Source: Gemmatimonadota bacterium
GTDB lineage: Bacteria > Gemmatimonadota > Gemmatimonadetes > Longimicrobiales > RSA9
Direction: 5' to 3'
NCBI GenBank assembly: GCA_040905425.1
Contig: JBBDRO010000073.1
Location: 1 to 25,688, forward strand
Length of the DNA stretch: 25,688 nucleotides
Within the stretch, counting starts at the first letter, position 1; the number at the start of each line of letters is the position of its first letter. Positions 1 through 6,908 of the stretch are shown here, piece by piece. The notes under the pieces are model-generated. The model did no database searches. It saw only the letters and a program-made list of their open reading frames with translations, and was not told where the DNA came from. The position numbers were made by a program, and so were the translations under genes.

Positions 1-105
1 GGCCAGCAGGCTGAGTGCCCGCCCGGCCGCGCCCAGCTCGCCCCGCCACCAGCGCCGGGCAAACCCCTCCATGCCGCCGCTCGCCACCCGCATGCGCTCA
101 CCCAT
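1..105 (-). CDS. lpxK: 5' fragment of a gene running off the window, probably tetraacyldisaccharide 4'-kinase
   Basis: ATG at 105 overlaps the upstream stop, with alternative in-frame ATGs at 93 and 72. The frame is open to base 1: MGERMRVASGGMEGFARRWWRGELGAAGRALSLLA. The amphipathic Trp-containing N-terminus resembles LpxK and the gene follows lpxB/DUF374. No catalytic motif lies inside the window. Confidence 0.5.
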   Translation of the reverse strand, partial: MGERMRVASGGMEGFARRWWRGELGAAGRALSLLA

Positions 106-808
106 GCGTTGAGCCCTGCGCTGAGCCCTGCGTTGAGCCCTGCGCTGAGCCCTGCGCTGAGCCCTGCGTGAAATGGGCGTCGGCGCGCGCCGTCAGCCGG
201 TTCAGTTCCGCTTCCAGGCGGGCGCCGGCGGCGTCCATGTCCGCCTGGCCCGCGTCGCGCGCCACCCGGTGCGGCTCGCCGTGCAGGAGGTGCACCCGCG
301 CGTACGGCTGCGGCACCAGGAAGCGGTCCCAGTCACCGGGCCACCAAGCGCGATTCGCGCCCGCCGCCAGGGGCACGATGGGCAGCCCCGTCAGCCGCGC
401 CGCTAGGAGTACGCCGGGCTGCAGCCGCTGGCGCGGCCCGCGGGGGCCGTCGGGCGTGAGCACCAGGGTGTGCGCGCGACTGCGGCGCACCAGTTCGCGC
501 AGCGCGGCGCCCCCGCCCCGCGAGGTGGAGCCGCGCACGGGGTGGTAGCCCCAGCCCGCCACCACGCCGGCAATGTAGTCCCCGTCGCGCGACTGGCTGA
601 TCATGGGGGCGTAGTCGCGGTCCCGGTGCCGCCAGGCGAGCGGGAGCAGACGGCCGTGCCAGGCGGCGATGATGACCGGCCCCTCGGCCCGCAGCGCCTC
701 GAAGCGCTCGCGTCCTTCCTCCGTGTAGCGGCACGAGTGGAGGATGGCCTCCAGCGCGCGGCGGCCGAGCGCCACGCCCACGCGGACCTTCAGCGGCGCG
801 CGGCTCAT
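98..808 (-). CDS. DUF374 / lysophospholipid acyltransferase family protein (LpxJ-like lipid A secondary acyltransferase)
   Basis: 236 aa with motifs AWHGRLL, ISQSRDGDYIA, VRGSTSRGG and TPDGPRGP typical of DUF374. ATGA overlap with the lpxB stop. Confidence 0.85.
   Translation of the reverse strand: MSRAPLKVRVGVALGRRALEAILHSCRYTEEGRERFEALRAEGPVIIAAWHGRLLPLAWRHRDRDYAPMISQSRDGDYIAGVVAGWGYHPVRGSTSRGGGAALRELVRRSRAHTLVLTPDGPRGPRQRLQPGVLLAARLTGLPIVPLAAGANRAWWPGDWDRFLVPQPYARVHLLHGEPHRVARDAGQADMDAAGARLEAELNRLTARADAHFTQGSAQGSAQGSTQGSAQGSTHG
110..169. repeat. Tandem repeat, 5 x 12 bp TGAGCCCTGCG(C/T), encoding (T/A)QGS x5 at the DUF374 C-terminus
   Basis: Units read directly at 110, 122, 134, 146 and 158, with a degenerate unit at 98-109. 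Confidence 0.95.
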
Positions 809-2013
809 GCATCCGCCAGCAGGTCGGCGGCCAGGGCGGCCACACGGTTGGCGCTGCCGGGCGCCGCTGCCGCGGCGCCGGCATGGCTGGCCGGCCCGGG
901 CGCGGCGTCAGCGGGGCCGGTAGGCGGGACCGGCAGGTCGGCGCCGCCAGGGTCGAGCGCCGCCCGTACCCTGGCCAGCGCCGCCACCGCCCTGTCCCGC
1001 TCCGGCGCGTGGCGATCCAGCAACGGCAGCAGCGCCGCCGCGAGCGCGGCCGGCGTGGCCCTGTCCTGGAGGAACTCGGGTGCGGCACGCTCGCCGGCCA
1101 CCAGATTCACCAGACCCACGTGCGGCACACGCACGAGGCGCCGCGCCAGGGCAAAGGTCAGCGGGCTGGTGCGGTAGGCCACCACCAGCGGCGTGCCCGC
1201 CAGCGCCGCCTGCAACGTGCCCGTGCCGGATTTGACCAGCGCCGCGTCGGCGTGGGCCAGCAGCGCGTCCGCGTCCGCGGTACGGGGCAGCGCGGCGCCG
1301 GCGTAGAGGCGCTCGTCCAGCCCCGCCGGGCGCGCCACCACCGGCTGCACGTCGGGACGGTGGCGCCGGACGAGTTCGGCCGCCTCCGCGAAGACGCCGA
1401 AGTGGCGGCGCACCTCCTGCGCCCGTGAGCCGGGGAAGAGCGCCAGCACGGGCTGCTCCGGCCGGATCCCGGTGGCCGCGGCGAACGCGGCCCGGTCGGG
1501 CACGGCCGGCCGGTTGTCGAGCAGCGGATGGCCCACGAAGACGGCGTCCGCGCCCGCGGCACGGAAGAGCTCCTCCTCGAAGGGCAGGATGACGGCCAGG
1601 CGGTCCGTGTGCTCCGCCAGCTGGCGCATGCGGCTGCGGTGCCATGCCCAGACCTGGGGCGCGATGTAATAGAGCACCGGCACACCCCGTCCGTGCGCCG
1701 CCCGGGCCAGCCGCAGGTTGAAGCCGGGATAGTCGATCGGCACCACCAGATCGGGCGGCCGCGCGTCCAGCTCGGCGCGCATCCGGCTGAAGAGACCGAT
1801 GAAGTACGGCAGGTGGGCCAGCACCTCGGTGAAGCCCATCACGGCCAGCTTGTCCAGCCCGGCCATGAGGCGTACGCCCTCGTCCGCCATGCGTGGCCCG
1901 CCCAGACCGTACAGGTCGGCATCGGGCCAGCGGCGGCGCAGCGCCCGGGCCAGGCTGGCGCCGTGCAGGTCGCCCGAGGCTTCGCCCGCGGACAGGAGAA
2001 TGCGTGGGGGCAC
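805..2013 (-). CDS. lpxB: Lipid-A-disaccharide synthase
   Basis: SAGEASGDLHG, IDYPGFN, YYIAPQVWAW, ILPFE, FVGHPL, LFPGSR and KSGTGTL motifs; lpx cluster context. Confidence 0.97.
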   Translation of the reverse strand: MPPRILLSAGEASGDLHGASLARALRRRWPDADLYGLGGPRMADEGVRLMAGLDKLAVMGFTEVLAHLPYFIGLFSRMRAELDARPPDLVVPIDYPGFNLRLARAAHGRGVPVLYYIAPQVWAWHRSRMRQLAEHTDRLAVILPFEEELFRAAGADAVFVGHPLLDNRPAVPDRAAFAAATGIRPEQPVLALFPGSRAQEVRRHFGVFAEAAELVRRHRPDVQPVVARPAGLDERLYAGAALPRTADADALLAHADAALVKSGTGTLQAALAGTPLVVAYRTSPLTFALARRLVRVPHVGLVNLVAGERAAPEFLQDRATPAALAAALLPLLDRHAPERDRAVAALARVRAALDPGGADLPVPPTGPADAAPGPASHAGAAAAAPGSANRVAALAADLLADA

Positions 2014-2024
2014 GTCGGCAGGCG

Positions 2025-2159
2025 TCAGAACGTCCGGCTCAGGTACCAGATGAGGAGCATGACCATGACCAGGCCGAGCAGCATCTTCCCCAGCTTCGGT
2101 GGCCGCGTGGGGCCGCCACTGAACCGCTTCCGCTCACGCCGGATTTCGATGAGCGACAT
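2025..2159 (-). CDS. Small (44 aa) predicted single-pass membrane protein, not in the ORF track
   Basis: ATG 2159 to TGA 2025: MSLIEIRRERKRFSGGPTRPPKLGKMLLGLVMVMLLIWYLSRTF. Basic N-terminus plus a ~15-aa hydrophobic helix; G/C-ending codons; fills the gap between the oxidoreductase and lpxB. Confidence 0.7.
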   Translation of the reverse strand: MSLIEIRRERKRFSGGPTRPPKLGKMLLGLVMVMLLIWYLSRTF

Positions 2160-3180
2160 GGCGTTGTATCCGTCCGATGATTTCCAGGGCCGTGGCGAGC
2201 GCCGCCCGGCCTTCGCGGCCCGACACCGCCAACGGCGCGTTACCCCGCACGGCGGCTACGAAACTGTCCAGTTCGGCACGCAGCGGCTCCGTGCCGTCCC
2301 CTTCCAGCACCACCCGTTCCAGGATGTCCTCGAGGCGCATGCCGGTGGCCGCGCCGGGCGCGGCTGCGGCACTCCCGGCGGGCCCGACCGCAAGGGCGGC
2401 CACGCCGCGCATGGCGGCCTCCACGTCCACGCCCGGGCGCAGGCGGAGAAACTCGCCGCGCCCCGCCGCCAGGTCCAGGGAGATGTAGCCGGAGCGCTGG
2501 AAGAAACGGATCTTGCGCATGCGCTCCAGTGAAACGCGGCTGGCGGTGAGGTTGGCCACTCCGCCGCCCTCGAATTCCAGGCGCGCGTTGGCAATGTCCG
2601 GGCTGGGTGTGAGCACCGGCACGCCCACGGCGGCCACGCTGGCTACCGGCCGCCCCATGAGACTCAGGACCAGGTCCAGATCGTGGATCATGAGGTCCAG
2701 GACCACGGCCACGTCGGTGCCCCGGGGCCCGAAGGGCGCCAGCCGGTGGCTCTCCACGAAGAGCGGCTCCTCCAGGTACGGCTCGCACGCCCGGAGGGCG
2801 CCATTGAAGCGCTCCACATGGCCGATCTGAACGAGCGCGCCGCTGGCCGCGGCCCGCTCGAGAATCCGGTCGGCCGCCTCCAGGGTGGGCGCGATGGGCT
2901 TCTCCACGAGCACGTGAACGCCCCGCCCCACGGCCTCCAGCGCCACCCGCTCGTGCGCTTCCGTGGGTACGGCGATCACGCAGGCGTCCACCTGGTCGAG
3001 CAGACTCTCCAGGTCGGCCGCTGCGGGAACGGCGAGCTGGCTCGCCACCTCGGCCAGGCGCTCGGCGTGGGTGTCGAAGATGCCGCGCAGCTCGGCGCCC
3101 GGCACCTCCCGCAGGATGCGCGCGTGATGGAAGCCCAGGCTGCCCACGCCCACCACCCCGATGCGCACGGGCTGGCTCAC
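2134..3180 (-). CDS. Gfo/Idh/MocA family NAD-dependent oxidoreductase, GnnA-like (putative UDP-GlcNAc 3-dehydrogenase)
   Basis: Rossmann GVVGVGSLG, EKP, GHVERFN and VVLDLMIHDLD motifs. Lies between lpxA and lpxB with a GTGA overlap to lpxA. The family is secure; the substrate is inferred. Confidence 0.88.
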   Translation of the reverse strand: MSQPVRIGVVGVGSLGFHHARILREVPGAELRGIFDTHAERLAEVASQLAVPAAADLESLLDQVDACVIAVPTEAHERVALEAVGRGVHVLVEKPIAPTLEAADRILERAAASGALVQIGHVERFNGALRACEPYLEEPLFVESHRLAPFGPRGTDVAVVLDLMIHDLDLVLSLMGRPVASVAAVGVPVLTPSPDIANARLEFEGGGVANLTASRVSLERMRKIRFFQRSGYISLDLAAGRGEFLRLRPGVDVEAAMRGVAALAVGPAGSAAAAPGAATGMRLEDILERVVLEGDGTEPLRAELDSFVAAVRGNAPLAVSGREGRAALATALEIIGRIQRHVAHRNPA

Positions 3181-3965
3181 AGTGTGGTGCCCCGGTCGGT
3201 GCCCTCGAGGAACTCGAGCAGATGGCGCACCTCGTCCGTGAGCTCCACCTCCGCGCGCACGCGCTCCGCGGCCTGGCGGAGATTTTCCTTGGAGTGGAAG
3301 AGCATGCGGGAGGCGCGCTTGAGCGCCAGCCGGCTCGCCTCACTGAAGCCCCGCCGCTGCAGCCCCACCGAGTTCAGGCCATAGAGATCCAGCGGATTGC
3401 CCGCTGCCTTCTGGTAGGGCGGCACGTCCTTGCGCACCGCCGAGGCCCCGCCGACCATGGCGTGCGCACCGATGCGGACGAACTGGTGGATGGCCGTCTG
3501 GCCGCCCACGATGGCCCAGTCACCGATCTCCACGTGGCCGCCCATGTTCACCGCGTTCGCGATCACCACGCGGTCGCCGATGACGCAGTCGTGCGCCACG
3601 TGGGCGTAGGCCATGACCAGGCAGTCACTGCCCACGTCGGTGCGGCCGCGCGCCATGGTGCCGCGGTTCACGGTGACGTATTCGCGGATCACCGTGCGCT
3701 CGCCGATGACCACCCGTGTGTCCTCGCCCTCGAACTTCAGATCCTGCGGCTCGCCGCCGAGGACCGCGCCCGCGTGGATGCGGCAGTCGGCGCCGATGGT
3801 GGTGTTCCGCTCCAGGATGGCGTGTGGCCCGATCACGGCGCGCGCGCCCACTTCCACGCCGGGGCCGATGATGGCATAGGGGCCCACGATCACGTCGTCC
3901 GCCAGGCGCGCGTCGTCATCCACGATCGCGGTGGGGTGGACACCCCGCAGCAGTTGCGTGCTCAC
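3177..3965 (-). CDS. lpxA: Acyl-ACP--UDP-N-acetylglucosamine acyltransferase
   Basis: Hexapeptide repeats, PQDLKF, IREYVTVNRGT, AHVAHDC, HQFVRIG and GLNSVGLQRRGF; 262 aa. Confidence 0.97.
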   Translation of the reverse strand: MSTQLLRGVHPTAIVDDDARLADDVIVGPYAIIGPGVEVGARAVIGPHAILERNTTIGADCRIHAGAVLGGEPQDLKFEGEDTRVVIGERTVIREYVTVNRGTMARGRTDVGSDCLVMAYAHVAHDCVIGDRVVIANAVNMGGHVEIGDWAIVGGQTAIHQFVRIGAHAMVGGASAVRKDVPPYQKAAGNPLDLYGLNSVGLQRRGFSEASRLALKRASRMLFHSKENLRQAAERVRAEVELTDEVRHLLEFLEGTDRGTTL

Positions 3966-3969
3966 GCCC

Positions 3970-5265
3970 TCACCGGTCCACGATACGGGCCATCATCTCC
4001 GCTTCGGCCACCAGTTTGCCGTCCACGAAGCCCTGGCCCTTCATGCGGCACGTATGGCGGCGGAACTGGAGCATCTCCAGCTCGAAGCGGATCTGATCAC
4101 CGGGCGTCACCGGGCGCCGCCACTTCACTTTGTCCAGGGACATGAAGTAGACCACCTTTTCCTCGGGGTCCTCAACGGCGTCCATGAGGAGCAGGCCGCC
4201 CACCTGCGCCATGGCCTCGATGATGAGCACGCCCGGCATCACCGGGTGGTCGGGATAGTGGCCCTGGAAGAACGGCTCATTGATGGTGACGTTCTTGATG
4301 CCCACGATGCGCTTGCCGCCCTCCCACTCCACGATCCGGTCCACCAGGAGCATGGGGAAGCGGTGCGGCAGGTGCTGCATGATGCGCTGGATGTCCACGA
4401 TCGGTAGCTGCCCGGCGGCCTTTGCCGCGGCATCTCGGAGGGCCCGGGCCAGCGCCAGGTTGCCCGCGTGGCTGGGGCGCTCCGTGACCACGTGGGCGCG
4501 GACGCGCGCGCCCAGCAGCGCCAGGTCCCCCACCACGTCACCCACCTTGTGCCGCACGAACTCGTCCGCCCAGCGGAGCTCCCCGGACCCGGACGCCAGC
4601 CCCTCCTCGTCCAGCACGAGCGCGTTGTCCACGTTGGCGCCCAGGGCCAGTCCGCGGGCGCGCAGCGCTTCCGCCTCGCGCAGGAAGCCGAAGGTCCGGG
4701 CACCCGCCAGCTCATGCGCGAACGCCTCCGGCGTGACGTCGAAGGTGCCGAACTGGCGCTGGATGAGGGGATGGTCGAACTGGATGGTGGCGGAGATCCG
4801 CAGCGCCGACGCCGGTGTGGCCACGTAGGAGGCGCCGCCTTCAACGGCGGTCGTAATCGGTGTGGTCAGCTCCAACACGCGCGCGTCGGCCGCCTGCGGT
4901 GCCGTGCCCGCCTGCTCCAGGAGCGCCAGGAAAGGCCGGAAGCTGCCGTCGGCAATGGGCACCTCGGCGCCATCCAGCTCCACCACGAGGTTGTCGATGC
5001 CTCGCGCGGCCACGGCCGCCAGCAGGTGCTCCACCGTATCCACCCGCGCGCCTTCCGCTCCCAGAGACGTGCCGCGGTCGGTGGATACCACGTGTTCGAG
5101 GTCCGCAGGAATGTCCGCGGCGTCGGGCAGATCCGTGCGCCGGAAGCGGATGCCGTGCTCCGCGGGAGCGGGCCGGAACCGCACGGTTGCGGTGCGGCCG
5201 GTGTGCAGCCCCACGCCCTCGAGAGACGCCTCGGCCCCCAGGGTATTCTGCTTCGGTGCGCTCAT
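3970..5265 (-). CDS. lpxC-fabZ: Bifunctional UDP-3-O-acyl-GlcNAc deacetylase / 3-hydroxyacyl-ACP dehydratase (LpxC-FabZ fusion)
   Basis: N-terminal LpxC part: GVGLHTG, TVEHLLAA, ARTFGF, EFVRHKVGDVVGDL. C-terminal FabZ part: LPHRFPMLLVD, NEPFFQGHYP, MPGVLIIEAMAQ. One continuous 431-aa ORF. Confidence 0.96.
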   Translation of the reverse strand: MSAPKQNTLGAEASLEGVGLHTGRTATVRFRPAPAEHGIRFRRTDLPDAADIPADLEHVVSTDRGTSLGAEGARVDTVEHLLAAVAARGIDNLVVELDGAEVPIADGSFRPFLALLEQAGTAPQAADARVLELTTPITTAVEGGASYVATPASALRISATIQFDHPLIQRQFGTFDVTPEAFAHELAGARTFGFLREAEALRARGLALGANVDNALVLDEEGLASGSGELRWADEFVRHKVGDVVGDLALLGARVRAHVVTERPSHAGNLALARALRDAAAKAAGQLPIVDIQRIMQHLPHRFPMLLVDRIVEWEGGKRIVGIKNVTINEPFFQGHYPDHPVMPGVLIIEAMAQVGGLLLMDAVEDPEEKVVYFMSLDKVKWRRPVTPGDQIRFELEMLQFRRHTCRMKGQGFVDGKLVAEAEMMARIVDR

Positions 5266-6299
5266 TCGTCTGCCACGGTGCCGCGGTCCGCGAGGGCCCG
5301 CTCCAATGCGCGTACGCGCTTCATGAGATCGGGGAGGCGCGCCACGGCCGCCTGCGAACGAAGCGCCTCCCTGTGGGGGCGGGCGGGGTAGCCGCTGTAG
5401 ACCTGGCCCGCCGGCACGTCTCCGAAGAGGCCGGCCTGGGCGGCGATCGTGGCGCCGTCGCCTACCTGGGTATGTCCGGGGAGTCCGGCCTGACCCGCGA
5501 TCGTCACACGCTGGCCGATGGTGGTGCTGCCCCCGATGCCGGCCTGGGCCACGATCACCGTCCCCTGGCCCACGCGCACGTTGTGCCCCACGTGCGCGAG
5601 GTTGTCGATCTTAACCCCCGCCCCGATCTCGGTCCACCCCACGGAGCCACGGTCGATCGTACTGTTGGCGCCGATCTCCACATCGGGGCCGATGACGCAC
5701 CGGCCTACCTGCGGGATCTTGCGATGCTCCCCCTCAACGAGGGCATAGCCGAAGCCGTCCACGCCCGCCTTCACACCGGCGTGCAGGATGGTGCGGGCGC
5801 CGACTCGCACCCCCGCGTAGAGCACCACCTGTGGATGCAGGATGACGTCCTCGGCCAGCTCGCAGCCGTCACCCACCACGGTGTGAGCATGGATGCGCGC
5901 GCGGTCACCGATCACGGTGTCGGCACCGATGACCACGTACGGACCTATGCTGACGTGGCTCCCCAGGCGCACGCCGCGGCCCAGCACGGCGGTGGGGTGG
6001 ATGCCGGGCGCATGCGGCGCCGCTGGATAGAGGCGTTCCAGGAGCCGCACCAGAGCGGCGTAGACGTCCGGAACGGCTACGTGCGGCGGGGCTTCCGGAC
6101 CCAGTTCCGAGGCCAGTGCTTGCGTGACCAGGAGCGCTCCGGCGGCGGTGTCCGTCACGTCCGCCAGATACCGGGCCCGTGCCACGAAGGCCAGCTCGGC
6201 GGGACCGGCACGGTCGAGGGGGGCAACGCCCGTAATGTCCGGATCGTCGCCCCCCTCGTACGCCGCGCCGACGGTCGTGGCGAGCTCGCTGAGCTTCAC
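5262..6299 (-). CDS. lpxD: UDP-3-O-(3-hydroxyacyl)glucosamine N-acyltransferase
   Basis: DGFGY, KIPQVG, VEIGANSTIDRG and KIDNLAHVGHN motifs plus hexapeptide repeats. Confidence 0.97.
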   Translation of the reverse strand: MKLSELATTVGAAYEGGDDPDITGVAPLDRAGPAELAFVARARYLADVTDTAAGALLVTQALASELGPEAPPHVAVPDVYAALVRLLERLYPAAPHAPGIHPTAVLGRGVRLGSHVSIGPYVVIGADTVIGDRARIHAHTVVGDGCELAEDVILHPQVVLYAGVRVGARTILHAGVKAGVDGFGYALVEGEHRKIPQVGRCVIGPDVEIGANSTIDRGSVGWTEIGAGVKIDNLAHVGHNVRVGQGTVIVAQAGIGGSTTIGQRVTIAGQAGLPGHTQVGDGATIAAQAGLFGDVPAGQVYSGYPARPHREALRSQAAVARLPDLMKRVRALERALADRGTVADE

Positions 6300-6314
6300 G
6301 GTGCCGCCGCCTCC

Positions 6315-6863
6315 CTAGTCCTGCGGGGGCGGCGTAGCGCCGCCCGCGGGCTGCAGCAGCGCCACGATGGCCTCGGTAAGGTCCAGCGCCTCGTCGGCGG
6401 CCACCAGGATGCCGGTGCTGGAGTCCAGGATGAGCCCGTACCCGTGCTCCTGCCGGTAGGTCTGGATGACCACGTTGATGCGCTCCATGAGGGGCGCCAT
6501 CAGCTGACGCTGCTGCTGCTCGGCCTCCTGCTCCATCTGCGCCACGCGCTGCTGGAACTCCTGCTGCTTGGCCGTGATCTCCCGCTCGCGCTGCTGGCGG
6601 GCTTCCGGCGAGAGCATGGCCTGCTGCTGCTGGAAGGTGGTGAGCATGGTCTGCAGGGAGTCCTCGAGCGGCTGAACGCGCCCCGCGAAGCCCTGCTGGA
6701 GTTGCTGGATCTGGGCCCGCACCACGTCGGCGCCGGGCGCCTGCGCCAGCACGGCGTCCGAGTTGACATAGCCGATCTTCGTGGCCGTGCCCTGCCCGGC
6801 CGCAGGGGCGGCCGCGAGCCCGGCGCCGACGAGAGCGGCAAGTAGCACGAGTCTGGTACGCAT
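6315..6863 (-). CDS. skp: Periplasmic OMP chaperone, Skp/OmpH family
   Basis: Signal peptide, KIGYVN, Gln-rich coiled coil, GYGLILD...DLT C-terminus. Located between bamA and lpxD, with AGGAAGGA SD upstream. Confidence 0.92.
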   Translation of the reverse strand: MRTRLVLLAALVGAGLAAAPAAGQGTATKIGYVNSDAVLAQAPGADVVRAQIQQLQQGFAGRVQPLEDSLQTMLTTFQQQQAMLSPEARQQREREITAKQQEFQQRVAQMEQEAEQQQRQLMAPLMERINVVIQTYRQEHGYGLILDSSTGILVAADEALDLTEAIVALLQPAGGATPPPQD

Positions 6864-6908
6864 GACGTTGCAGTCCTTCCTGTGTGTTGATGGCGCCCCT
6901 GAGGGCGG

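Noticed and set aside
110..169. Repeat arrays here and at 18792-18863 as possible CRISPR arrays
   Set aside because: They are head-to-tail 12-bp units with no spacers, in frame within coding sequence, and there are no cas genes.
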